A stretch of DNA of 64,000 nt from an uncultured Hyphomicrobiales bacterium. GTDB lineage: Bacteria; Bacteroidota; Ignavibacteria; Kapaibacteriales; UBA2268. Below the pieces are notes generated by a model, which was not told where the DNA came from, ran no database searches, and saw only the letters and a list, made by a program, of their open reading frames with translations. Shown here in pieces: positions 9,793-19,127 of the stretch. The stretch spans positions 26,789 through 90,788 of the forward strand of contig CAZSHX010000004.1 in the NCBI GenBank assembly GCA_964606895.1, given 5' to 3'. Every line of letters begins with the position of its first letter. The stretch's first letter is position 1. Position numbers and translations under genes: made by a program.

Positions 9793-12700
9793 TTAGTTAT
9801 GAGAACTTCCGTTAGTCTTTTTCCCATGACCATTTCCATTGCCATTTTTATGTTGTTTCAATAAACCGGCTACTCTTGCGGCTTGAAGTGCAAAGGTTTC
9901 AATCTTTGCTTCAATCACCTGAGGATAAACGTTTCCGTCGGTCTCAATAGTCAGGAAAGGAATATTTGTTTTTCCATTAAAAATAATCGGCATTTTGTAA
10001 TCCGGGTCAACCATTTGCCTTGTTTTTTCGACAGCCTCTGATTTCAGTTCGGGCATGATACAAGCTTCAGAAACCCTTGTTGGCATACAGCCGAACGGTC
10101 CAAGGTTGATAATACCGCAATAATGGTCCAGTCCTTCGTAAAGTGCCGTACCGATAGTCAATCCCGGTTCCCCTTTGTAATCAAGCGGAACAATATGCTT
10201 GCTATGGTCAAGTAAAGGTTTAATCTTGGTTAGATGGTACTCGTAATAATTACTTTTCACCAAAGCTTTTTTAATTCTTCTTTCGGCATATTCAATGTAG
10301 AAATCTCTGATGTATCTTTCTAATCTGTTTCTCCATGATACTTCGGCTTCCAGAAGTCCGATTTTTATAAGATAATCAACATACTTAATCCATTCAGAAA
10401 TATAAGCATCTTTAACAACAAATCCTTTTTTAGCAAATTGCTTATTCAGATATTTGTGCGAAAAATGGTCCCTTCTAACGAATATTTCTCCGCAAAGAGC
10501 AATGTAGTTTGATTCATGGATTGGAATCCTTGCAGGAATTTTCTTGATTTCTTTTGAAAATTGTGCTATATGCTTGTACAAATGGTCAGGATCGGAAGCA
10601 AATTTATCTGTAAGTATCCTGAATTGCTCATTAAATACATCCATTCCTTTGTCAGGGTCAACCGAATTTGCCATAATGGCTGAACGAATATCGTCAAGAA
10701 CATCGGCAGTTATAAGTGCCTGCATTCCTCTTTTAGAGAATTGAACACCAAGACCTGCATACCCGTCATCTGTGGTCAAAATAAGAACAGACACATTCTT
10801 GTATTTCTTTCTTTTAATTAAATCTCTCAAGAAGACAGGATACTGACCTAATCTGCAATTTCCTGCACTCTGAACATTAAAGAAAGCGATTTTCTGAACG
10901 CCGTCCCATCTATTTTCAAGATAATCTATAAGTGCTCCTGAGCATAAAATAAGCGGAAGACACTCTTTGCCTGTGGCAACCGTTCTGCCGTATTTCAAAA
11001 TATCGTTATTGCCTTCGGGTAAAGCAATTGCATTGTATCCTAACGTTCTAAACGTTGCGGCAAACATTGCGGCACTCAAATCACCCATCGAAGGAACAAG
11101 AATTGTTACGCTTGGGTCATCGAGCGGAATTTTTTCATTATCTGATGTATAGTAATATAATCTGTCAGTATCAAACTTGACAGTTGCCATGTTGAATTCA
11201 GAATTATCAGGGTCATGGATATTTGCAGATAGTTTTCTGTAGTTATTAATAATATCCAAAGCCGCATCAATTCTTGTATTGATACCTGCATCTGCAGTAT
11301 GACCATCGAGTTCCAAAGTCAGTGATGGTTTGGTTGCCATGATATTTCTGAAAGTAGAAATAATCATCGAATCGGGTCCGCAAGAGAAGTTGGTTATATA
11401 GGTGGCAAACAACTGGTCGTTGTTTTTGACAATATTCGCAACCTTTAAAATCTTCTTTCCGCCTTCCCAATACATATTATCTTCAATTTTCTCGTGGCGG
11501 TAGTCAAGCATATCGTAAGGAATAATATAAACACCTCTGGAAGCGAATTTCTTAGGTATTCCCTTGTTTGTAGTCTCCGTAAATGAGTTATATGGTCTTC
11601 CGACAAGAACCATAGCCATTTCTTCAGGATTAGCCGCAAGGAACTGTAAAAATTCTCTGCCGATAGTAAATAATTCGGTCTGATAGGTTTCCTGCATTTT
11701 AACTGCAAATTCGTAAGCTTCTTTTGCCGCAACTGCATCATTAAATCCCATTTGTGAGGCTATTTCAACAAATTTCACCGATTCGGCACCAAAACCGCTT
11801 GCAAAGTTCAATGCAGGAGCAAGAATTTTATCATTGATATTGAAATCTTTAAAAGCCTGTTTTAAATAGAATGGCTCGGTTATGACGAAAACACAGGTGG
11901 AATTGAAATCTATTCTGTAATGCTCTTCTTCATTGACGTGCATTTCCAAAAGGTTAGGCACGAATATGTAATCAGTATTTTTTTCTATTAAGTTATGGAA
12001 CAAACCCAAAGAAATCTGTGCCGGATAGCAGAATGAAGTCATTTCACGCTCTAATCCTTTTTCATCCACTTTATCGGACAATACAACCCGCATGCCCAAT
12101 TTTGTAAAGAAATTATAATATAAAGGATATAAAGTGTGAGTATGGAATGATTGGTTAATGCCCACCGTTGGTGCATTTTCTGGAAGTTCGGCGGCAGGTG
12201 CATACTTATTAAACGTCATATCATGACGAATTTTTACGAAGTCAAATTGGTCAGCTTCAATCTTTTTATTATTGAGCAAATTATAGTATTTATTGCATGC
12301 TCCGCCAAAAGGATGAACCTTGCCCTGAATCTCAATCATATTGATTGGGCATTTTATGTCGCATTTTTCTTTGCCACCGGCACAAATAAATGGTTTGCGG
12401 TTGATTGCTTCTCTTTCGGCAAGTTCTTTCATCGAATATTCTTTAGGTTTCATTAATCCTAAATCAATTTTATCGGAAACTTCCAGAGCAACACCAAAAG
12501 CACCCATAAGTCCGGGTTCAGGAGGGACAATAATTTCTGTTCCTGTCAGAGCCGCCATAGCAATCGGAATTGCTTTGTTGTAGCAAACACCACCCTGCAT
12601 AAATACTTTTTTGCCAACCTGACGATTACCTTTAACTCTGTTGTTGTAATTCATGCAGATAGAATAAACCAAACCTGCAACAATATCTTCACGGCTGATA

Positions 12701-14142
12701 TTTTCGTGTAATGCCGTTTTAATGTCTGAACTGATGAAAGCGGCACACTGGTCACTGAAATTCGGAGGAGACATTGCTTTTAATGCCATTCCTTCAATTT
12801 CAGTTACGGGTATTCTCAGTGATTCATAAGCTGATTCTTCAATAAAAGAGCCCGTACCTGCAGAACATGCTTCATTCATTGCATAATCCGAAGGTACGCG
12901 ATTTATGATATATGTATATTTTGCATCCTGACCGCCAATTTCGAAAATCGTATCAACCTCAGGGTCAAAATAAACTGCGGCTGTAGCATGGGCAACTATC
13001 TCGTTAATAATGCCATCGGTTAAAGCATGCAAACCTGCAATATGTCTGCCTGAGCCGGTTGTGCCTACCCCGATTATTTTAATATCTTCGGGTATTTGCT
13101 TTAATAATTCCTCGTAGCATTTTTTTGCGGCTACAATCGGATTCCCGTGAGTATATAAGTAAATTGAGCCTAATATTTTCTTGTCATTTTTTCTAAGAAC
13201 AACAGCTTTGGTTGTAGTAGAGCCAACATCCAATCCAAGGAGACAAACATCACCGTCTGAGGCTTTTCCTTTTTCCAAAGTTTTGAAACTGACTTTATCG
13301 GTGAAGTTGATTATTGGGTCAAGAAAAACAAATGAACTTTCTTTTTCTCTGTAAATATCATTTAAATTATCGAATTCCTTAATCTTATTTTTTGTTCCGT
13401 AAATTGCGGCACCTAATGCTTCAAAATAATTTGCTTCATTCGGAATATTTGAATCTTTAACGAATTCCTGAAGATATTTCATAACTGTATGATTTTGAGT
13501 GACACCACCCACAATCATAACTTTGCCGTCTTTTACTTTTTTTAGCAATTCAGAAGCTTTTTCTGCCATCATTGATGATAAACCTGAAATCACTTCACCC
13601 TTTGGTACTCCTTTGTTCAAAGCATGAGTACAATCCGATTTGCAAAATACCGAACATCTTCCGGATACTTTAAAAGGTTCTGTATCGCTGGCGATATCTT
13701 TAACTTCTTCGATATCAACATTCATTCTTTTGATTTGCTGAAGGAAAAACTCGCCGGTTCCGGAAGCACACTGATTTTTGGTTATAACATCCGAGATTTT
13801 ACCATGGTCGTCAAGGGTATAGATAAGAAATGTTTCGCCGCCTAAACTGGCAATAGCTTCATAATGTTCATTGTTTTTGTTTACAAATGAAAAAGCATGT
13901 TCGGTTGCTTCTGACTCCGAAATTTTCGAAAAGTTAACAAGATTTCTGAATTTTCTGCCTGTAACAACAACAGGGAAGAATTCCTTATTGAACTTTAATA
14001 GATTCTCATGGAAAACCTCTTTTGGATTACCATTGTGAGCTAAAGTCAGATTGTCAACTATTTTTATCTCATCTTTATTTTTTTCAATTTTTACAAAAGA
14101 TACGGAGGAGGCTCCAAGGCAAACACCTACAACATGATTCAT
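9793..14142 (-). CDS. Giant fusion protein: two BadF/BadG/BcrA/BcrD (HgdC-type) activase ATPase domains plus an HgdB/DUF2229-like dehydratase component
   Basis: 1449 aa. Two actin-fold ATPase modules: VGVCLGASSVSF...IGGETF, and LLGLDVGSTTTKAVVL...IGGQDAKYTYI...VFMQGGVCYN. These are followed by about 850 aa that are Cys-rich (CAGGKEKCDIKCP) and resemble the accessory and D-component domains of CoA-substrate-specific enzyme activases. Confidence 0.65.
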   Translation of the reverse strand: MNHVVGVCLGASSVSFVKIEKNKDEIKIVDNLTLAHNGNPKEVFHENLLKFNKEFFPVVVTGRKFRNLVNFSKISESEATEHAFSFVNKNNEHYEAIASLGGETFLIYTLDDHGKISDVITKNQCASGTGEFFLQQIKRMNVDIEEVKDIASDTEPFKVSGRCSVFCKSDCTHALNKGVPKGEVISGLSSMMAEKASELLKKVKDGKVMIVGGVTQNHTVMKYLQEFVKDSNIPNEANYFEALGAAIYGTKNKIKEFDNLNDIYREKESSFVFLDPIINFTDKVSFKTLEKGKASDGDVCLLGLDVGSTTTKAVVLRKNDKKILGSIYLYTHGNPIVAAKKCYEELLKQIPEDIKIIGVGTTGSGRHIAGLHALTDGIINEIVAHATAAVYFDPEVDTIFEIGGQDAKYTYIINRVPSDYAMNEACSAGTGSFIEESAYESLRIPVTEIEGMALKAMSPPNFSDQCAAFISSDIKTALHENISREDIVAGLVYSICMNYNNRVKGNRQVGKKVFMQGGVCYNKAIPIAMAALTGTEIIVPPEPGLMGAFGVALEVSDKIDLGLMKPKEYSMKELAEREAINRKPFICAGGKEKCDIKCPINMIEIQGKVHPFGGACNKYYNLLNNKKIEADQFDFVKIRHDMTFNKYAPAAELPENAPTVGINQSFHTHTLYPLYYNFFTKLGMRVVLSDKVDEKGLEREMTSFCYPAQISLGLFHNLIEKNTDYIFVPNLLEMHVNEEEHYRIDFNSTCVFVITEPFYLKQAFKDFNINDKILAPALNFASGFGAESVKFVEIASQMGFNDAVAAKEAYEFAVKMQETYQTELFTIGREFLQFLAANPEEMAMVLVGRPYNSFTETTNKGIPKKFASRGVYIIPYDMLDYRHEKIEDNMYWEGGKKILKVANIVKNNDQLFATYITNFSCGPDSMIISTFRNIMATKPSLTLELDGHTADAGINTRIDAALDIINNYRKLSANIHDPDNSEFNMATVKFDTDRLYYYTSDNEKIPLDDPSVTILVPSMGDLSAAMFAATFRTLGYNAIALPEGNNDILKYGRTVATGKECLPLILCSGALIDYLENRWDGVQKIAFFNVQSAGNCRLGQYPVFLRDLIKRKKYKNVSVLILTTDDGYAGLGVQFSKRGMQALITADVLDDIRSAIMANSVDPDKGMDVFNEQFRILTDKFASDPDHLYKHIAQFSKEIKKIPARIPIHESNYIALCGEIFVRRDHFSHKYLNKQFAKKGFVVKDAYISEWIKYVDYLIKIGLLEAEVSWRNRLERYIRDFYIEYAERRIKKALVKSNYYEYHLTKIKPLLDHSKHIVPLDYKGEPGLTIGTALYEGLDHYCGIINLGPFGCMPTRVSEACIMPELKSEAVEKTRQMVDPDYKMPIIFNGKTNIPFLTIETDGNVYPQVIEAKIETFALQAARVAGLLKQHKNGNGNGHGKKTNGSSHN

Positions 14143-14409
14143 TCTATATCCTAAAAGTTATGATTGCAAATTTGACTACATATTAAAATTGGCAACAAAG
14201 AAATTAGTTGCCACTAAAAAAGCAAAATTATGAAAAAATACACTAAAATCCAAGAGAAGTTATGTTTTTACACTTAATATAATATAAAGATTTCCATAAT
14301 TGTGATATTTAATCTTATGAAAACGGTTGATTATACTATTAATTTTATAGATTCTTCTTTTTAATCACTACTATAAAGTGATTTTTGTTATCATTGTGTT
14401 GTATCAAAT

Positions 14410-14445
14410 ATAACAAATCCGATAACTTAAGCTATCGGATTTGTT
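14410..14445 (-). terminator. Stem-loop immediately 3' of the 14467..15081 gene
   Basis: caaatccgata-acttaagc-tatcggatttg forms an 11-bp perfect stem. The loop contains the palindromic cttaag. Flanks are AT-rich. Confidence 0.45.
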
Positions 14446-14466
14446 AATTGAATGACTATAATAAAG

Positions 14467-15081
14467 TTATTTTGATTCCTTAGATTCTTCCGTTTTAGTC
14501 GAATCTGTTTGAATCGGAGGAGCCGCTTGATTAGTTGAATCAATAGTTGGTGCTTCAAATTGTGCAGGTTTGCCGTTAGCAGGTTCGCCAAAATTCATCA
14601 TTGCCTTTACTCCAAGTCCATGAACAAGCTGACCGCCAAGATGAGCTGTATTTGCAATCATAAGGCAACAAAATGAGTAAGCAATCAGGAAAACAATCTG
14701 AATGATAACAATCCAAAGTGTTTTGAGCTTTTCCTTAAAGAATATTGGCAGGAGCAAAACTAAAGCATTAACAATGGTGATTACTAAAAAGAAGTTCCTT
14801 GTCATCTCTGCCAGGTCTTCGTGCTGTTCAAGAATTTTTGCAATCTCAGGTGTCTTGTCAACAAGTTCTCCTGCGGCTTCACCACTGGCAACTGCCACGA
14901 AGCTTGCAATAGTACCCAGAAGCATAACAACAAAACCCGCAATAAAAAAGCATCTTGACTTCTTTTTGTAAAGCAATCCCAATAGAATCAGAAACGGAGC
15001 AACCAAAAGCAATGCAATCGGAAAATGTACAACCAGCGGATGCAAAGCATCTAAATCCTGCATAGGAGGAATATTAAACAT
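14467..15081 (-). CDS. DUF2231-like integral membrane protein
   Basis: 204 aa. N-terminal LHPLVVHFPIALLLVAPFLILLG is the HP..VHFPIAL signature. Four to five TM helices. Low-complexity C-terminal tail. Confidence 0.5.
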   Translation of the reverse strand: MFNIPPMQDLDALHPLVVHFPIALLLVAPFLILLGLLYKKKSRCFFIAGFVVMLLGTIASFVAVASGEAAGELVDKTPEIAKILEQHEDLAEMTRNFFLVITIVNALVLLLPIFFKEKLKTLWIVIIQIVFLIAYSFCCLMIANTAHLGGQLVHGLGVKAMMNFGEPANGKPAQFEAPTIDSTNQAAPPIQTDSTKTEESKESK

Positions 15082-15175
15082 ATTTGAATTCCTTATATTT
15101 TTAAATAATACAATCTTTGGTCTTTTACTGTCTTTTCATTTTCAAATAAAAAAAGTGCAATCAACTCGAACAGTA

Positions 15176-15793
15176 TTAATCTATTTTCAGGAATTTACCC
15201 TTTTCTGTGTAGCAGACAGGGCATTTGTCAAATCCAATTTTTGCAACCGTATAGCCACAAACCGGACAGACAAAATATGCGGCTTTGACTTTCATTTTAT
15301 CAAGATTCTTAATTGCACCGGCATAGAGTTTGGCATGTTCTGTCTCAGCGGCTTTAGCTCCATTAAAAGCTTTAACTGCATCTTTGTTTTTTTCAATTTT
15401 TGCCTGAGCAATAAAATCAGGATACATTTTGTCTTTTTCGTAAGTTTCTCCTGTCAAAGCATCCTGTAAGTTTTCTTTGGTTGATTTTGGTGCAGGAGTT
15501 TTAATGTCTGCTTTGGGTACGGCACCTAATTTTTTAATAAGAGTAGAGTGAGTAGTTTTATGGATTTCTTCTGCTTTTGCGGCGGCACGGAAAAGGCTGG
15601 CTACTTGTTTGTAACCTTCTTCATCTGCTTTTTTTGCATAAGCAAGGTACTTCGCATTTGCATTGCTTTCACCATTGAAAGCCGCTTGTAAGTTGTCGAG
15701 GGTCTTGCTTTTGCCTTTAGTCTCTGCGTTGAGGTTGCCCAATGAAAGGATTAGAGCAATTGCTAACACGGTTAAAGAAATTCTTCTTAACAT
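15176..15793 (-). CDS. Rubrerythrin (diiron ferritin-like domain plus C-terminal Cx2C-x12-Cx2C rubredoxin-like domain) with an N-terminal Sec signal peptide
   Basis: MLRRISLTVLAIALILSLGNLNA|E is a signal peptide. Diiron ligands are present: FNGESNANAKY, AEEIHK (ExxH), LTGETYEKDKMY, AETEHAKLY (ExxH). C-terminal CPVCGYTVAKIGFDKCPVC. Confidence 0.7.
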   Translation of the reverse strand: MLRRISLTVLAIALILSLGNLNAETKGKSKTLDNLQAAFNGESNANAKYLAYAKKADEEGYKQVASLFRAAAKAEEIHKTTHSTLIKKLGAVPKADIKTPAPKSTKENLQDALTGETYEKDKMYPDFIAQAKIEKNKDAVKAFNGAKAAETEHAKLYAGAIKNLDKMKVKAAYFVCPVCGYTVAKIGFDKCPVCYTEKGKFLKID

Positions 15794-15883
15794 AATATTT
15801 TCTCCAAAAAATTAAAACATAAATCCTGAATGCAAATATATAAATATTTATTCAAATACAAAAGCTTTTGTAAAAATTATGTG

Positions 15884-18166
15884 TTAAAAGGCATGACCCA
15901 AACCGATATTGATTTGAGTATTTGAAAATGGGGTATATACTTTATTGGGGTCATACACAGGCCATCCTATGTCTATTCTGAATGGTCCGACAGGAGTGTC
16001 GTAACGTACACCGAATCCAACGGCAAGGGCTATGCCCTGAAAATAATCGGCTATTTTATATGAAAATGGATAATTGCCATGTTCATCCACCTGAAGCCAT
16101 TGGTATGCATTACCCCAATCTATGAAACCGGTAACTCCCAGCGAAGAAATTATATCTGCGATGGTTCCTCCAACGTAAGTAGGCTTGCCAAAGCTGTAAC
16201 GAAACTCTAAGCTTCCTTCAATCAAACCGGCATTGCCCACGAAATCCTTGGCAAATTCTTCTGCCGCTCCTTTTGCAGTGCTACCGCCGGGTTTAGTATA
16301 TCTTAATTGTCTGGATTGCCAGCCTCTGATGCTGTTAGCACCCCCTGCAAAAAATTGTCTTTCAAAAGGAACATAAGATTTCGATTTATCCCACCAGTAA
16401 ATATATCCTTCCCTTTGTTTCAATGCCATAACAAGTTTTTGCTCAAGGCTCCAGAACCACAAATTTGTTAACTGAATTTTAGCATATCGGGCGGCACCTG
16501 AGATAAAGCCGGTATTTCTGTCAAATGCATAGAATATAGGATTAATTCCATCAATTGTCAGTGACGAGTATCCGCCATTGCTGGGTGAGAAAGGATTGTT
16601 TCTGGTATCACCGATAAAGGAACAACCCAGGATATTGGCTGTAAGCAATGGTTTATTAACAATTATGAAGCTGTCGAGGTTGCTGAAAATTGTCAGAGTT
16701 TCAAAAACTCTGGAAGAATCATCGTGAGTTTTTGCCTTTTTATTCATATCCTCAAGAACATTCCAAAGATTATATGGTTGCTGTCTTTCGAAAAAGAAAT
16801 CAACTGACATCTGATTGAAATAAGTCCACGACGGCAATCTTATCGGAAATTTAACCGGCAAAGAAAAACTGAGAATTTTCAAAGTATTAAAAACTGTTCT
16901 GTAGGATAGCAATATTTGTGTTGAAAAACCGATTTTTGCCACATCCCATGTCCACGCAAGAACCTGCGAATAATTAAGTCCCATCTGATATTCAAGTTCT
17001 AATTTTTTTGAATTACTCAGAAAAAGATTTACGTCTTCTACAACTAATCTGATAAATGGATTTATCATCTGTGCGGCATGGAAAATGTTCCTGTGAGTAT
17101 AAGAATATTCAACACCGATATTCACAGCACTGTTATAAATAGTTTTGTTGCTGAATAGAGCCAAACTGTAGTCCTGCTGTTTCCTGTATTGCGAAAACAC
17201 CCTAAAAGTCAAAGTTGAGTCTGAAGGTCTGCCTTTTGTTTGCACGGTGTCAATAACAACCATATCAAAAGTACCAAGAGTCAACAGATTATTGTAAGAA
17301 ATTTCTTCACTTCTTTTGCTGTACCAATCTCCCGGTCTGAGGTCCATTTGGTTGTATTTAAGATTGTAAACAACAAGTCGCTGTCCTTTTGTGCTATCAA
17401 CAAAAATGATTTCTCTAACTTTTTGTCTGATTCCGGTTGAAAATTTCACTGTAATGCTGTCTGAATTGCTTAAAGTATCTACGGTTATGATTGGTGTTGA
17501 ATAATTGGCAAAATAATAGCCATTATCCAAAAGCACTCTTCGTATATTATCAACTTCTGTAGCCAGCCTTACTTCATTAAATCCTGATTCTATTTTAACT
17601 TTTCGAACTTTTTCAATTTTTTCTCTAACGTCAGGCGGGATTCCATCAAGTCCGAGAAAATTAATATTGCTTATTTTGTATCGTTCTCTTTCAGTAATCT
17701 CAAATAGCAGGATATTCCCTGTAAAATCCTTATTCGGTTTGAATTTGAAAGTTGCAGTAGCATTATGGTATCCATGCTGATAGTAAAGCATCTGAATTCT
17801 TCTAACGTCTTCTTCGGCTTTCAGCCGGTCGTAGTAACGGATTTCATTCCACATGCCTCTGACGGCTGAACCGAGCGTTTGCTTGAATAAAGGGGGAGAT
17901 GCCCTGTTGATGGTCGTCTGCTTATAGTAATATTGCAATATCTGATGGGGATAGCTTCTGTTGGTAGATTTTGATTCCAGAATTGACAGCAGTTGGTCTT
18001 CGGTGAAAAATTTTGCTCCCGAAAACTGGATTTCGTTTATTTCATACATATCCTTCTCGGCAGTTGAAGGAACAAACCTCTGGCGAGGCACATCCTGAGA
18101 AAACAAATTAAACTGACTTAACAATAAAATTGAAATGTACAAAATAATATGTTTTCGGTTAATCAT
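15884..18166 (-). CDS. Omp85-family (BamA/TamA-like) outer-membrane beta-barrel protein
   Basis: 760 aa. Signal peptide. POTRA-like N-terminal region. The C-terminal barrel ends in ...INIGLGHAF, with a terminal aromatic residue. Confidence 0.55.
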   Translation of the reverse strand: MINRKHIILYISILLLSQFNLFSQDVPRQRFVPSTAEKDMYEINEIQFSGAKFFTEDQLLSILESKSTNRSYPHQILQYYYKQTTINRASPPLFKQTLGSAVRGMWNEIRYYDRLKAEEDVRRIQMLYYQHGYHNATATFKFKPNKDFTGNILLFEITERERYKISNINFLGLDGIPPDVREKIEKVRKVKIESGFNEVRLATEVDNIRRVLLDNGYYFANYSTPIITVDTLSNSDSITVKFSTGIRQKVREIIFVDSTKGQRLVVYNLKYNQMDLRPGDWYSKRSEEISYNNLLTLGTFDMVVIDTVQTKGRPSDSTLTFRVFSQYRKQQDYSLALFSNKTIYNSAVNIGVEYSYTHRNIFHAAQMINPFIRLVVEDVNLFLSNSKKLELEYQMGLNYSQVLAWTWDVAKIGFSTQILLSYRTVFNTLKILSFSLPVKFPIRLPSWTYFNQMSVDFFFERQQPYNLWNVLEDMNKKAKTHDDSSRVFETLTIFSNLDSFIIVNKPLLTANILGCSFIGDTRNNPFSPSNGGYSSLTIDGINPIFYAFDRNTGFISGAARYAKIQLTNLWFWSLEQKLVMALKQREGYIYWWDKSKSYVPFERQFFAGGANSIRGWQSRQLRYTKPGGSTAKGAAEEFAKDFVGNAGLIEGSLEFRYSFGKPTYVGGTIADIISSLGVTGFIDWGNAYQWLQVDEHGNYPFSYKIADYFQGIALAVGFGVRYDTPVGPFRIDIGWPVYDPNKVYTPFSNTQINIGLGHAF

Positions 18167-18253
18167 TTGATACTGTAAGGCGGTTTGACCGTATTGAAAA
18201 TAAAAGTCCCGTAAGAGTAACTAACTAACGGGACTGAATAAATAGAAACAAGT

Positions 18254-18493
18254 TTAGCAGTATTGCTCTTCTTCGTCATCATTATAAAAGTATTCGTCAC
18301 CAGCCAAATCTTCATACTCGGGCCAAAGGTCTTCGATACCTTCAATTAATTCGTCGGTTTCGTCAAGTTCGTTAATGTTGTCAATCACCTGCTGGGGTGT
18401 GCCTGAGCGGTTAACAAAATCAACTAACTCTTCCTTGGTAGCTGGCCATGGAGCATCTTCGAGATAAGCGGCTAATTCCGGTGTCCAAAACAT
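18254..18493 (-). CDS. DUF2795-like small acidic protein
   Basis: 79 aa, WPATKEELVDFVNRSGTPQQVIDNINEL, with an acidic C-terminus. Confidence 0.5.
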   Translation of the reverse strand: MFWTPELAAYLEDAPWPATKEELVDFVNRSGTPQQVIDNINELDETDELIEGIEDLWPEYEDLAGDEYFYNDDEEEQYC

Positions 18494-18685
18494 ATTTTAA
18501 AACCTTTCTATGTTAATCAAATTCTATATTATAAATACTTTTCAAATTTTCGCAAGTGCTTTTCGGCAAAAATATATATTAGCGACTAAGAAAGCAAGTA
18601 TAAATTTAAAAATGTATAAAAAATCCAAAACAAATTTATAATTAGACACTACGTCTATCATCTTTTTTTATTACGGTATTACGAA

Positions 18686-19000
18686 ATGTCTTGGTTTTTC
18701 CTGTTAATTGCGGCTGTTTTCGAAATTTCATGGGCAATTGGATTAAAATACAGCCAGGGTCTGACAAAGCTCCCAAGTTCTGCATTCACTGTTATCACCA
18801 TGCTGGCAAGTTTTTTTTTCCTGGCTTTAGCAGTCAAACAGCTACCCATTGGTACTGCTTATGCCGTATGGACAGGGATTGGCTCTTTCGGAACAGTAAT
18901 TTTGGGTATGGTATTATTTGGTGAGCCTGTGACTTTCAGCCGTATATTTTTTCTTGCTTTAATTATTACCGGAATTGTTGGACTCAGAGTTACTCATTGA
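18686..19000 (+). CDS. sugE: SMR-family small multidrug/guanidinium exporter (SugE/Gdx-like)
   Basis: 104 aa, four TM helices. MSWFFLLIAAVFEISWAIGLKYSQG contains the conserved membrane Glu. GTAYAVWTGIGSFGTVILG. Confidence 0.75.
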   Translation: MSWFFLLIAAVFEISWAIGLKYSQGLTKLPSSAFTVITMLASFFFLALAVKQLPIGTAYAVWTGIGSFGTVILGMVLFGEPVTFSRIFFLALIITGIVGLRVTH

Positions 19001-19127
19001 AGTACCTTGAAAAACAAATTATTGTCTAATCGTCTTTCCTTTTGTAATTTTGAAGTTTATACATTTGCTTATTTTATAAAAGTTTGCTGAAAATTTGCGA
19101 ACTCTAACTTATTTTTGAAACAGGACT

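Noticed and set aside
18494-18685. A possible guanidine riboswitch (ykkC, mini-ykkC or guanidine-III) upstream of the SugE/Gdx-like SMR exporter.
   Set aside because: The 190-nt leader is extremely AT-rich. It contains none of the conserved elements: no GGGA/ACGR hairpin pair and no GC-rich stems. Only short ACG-containing words occur by chance.
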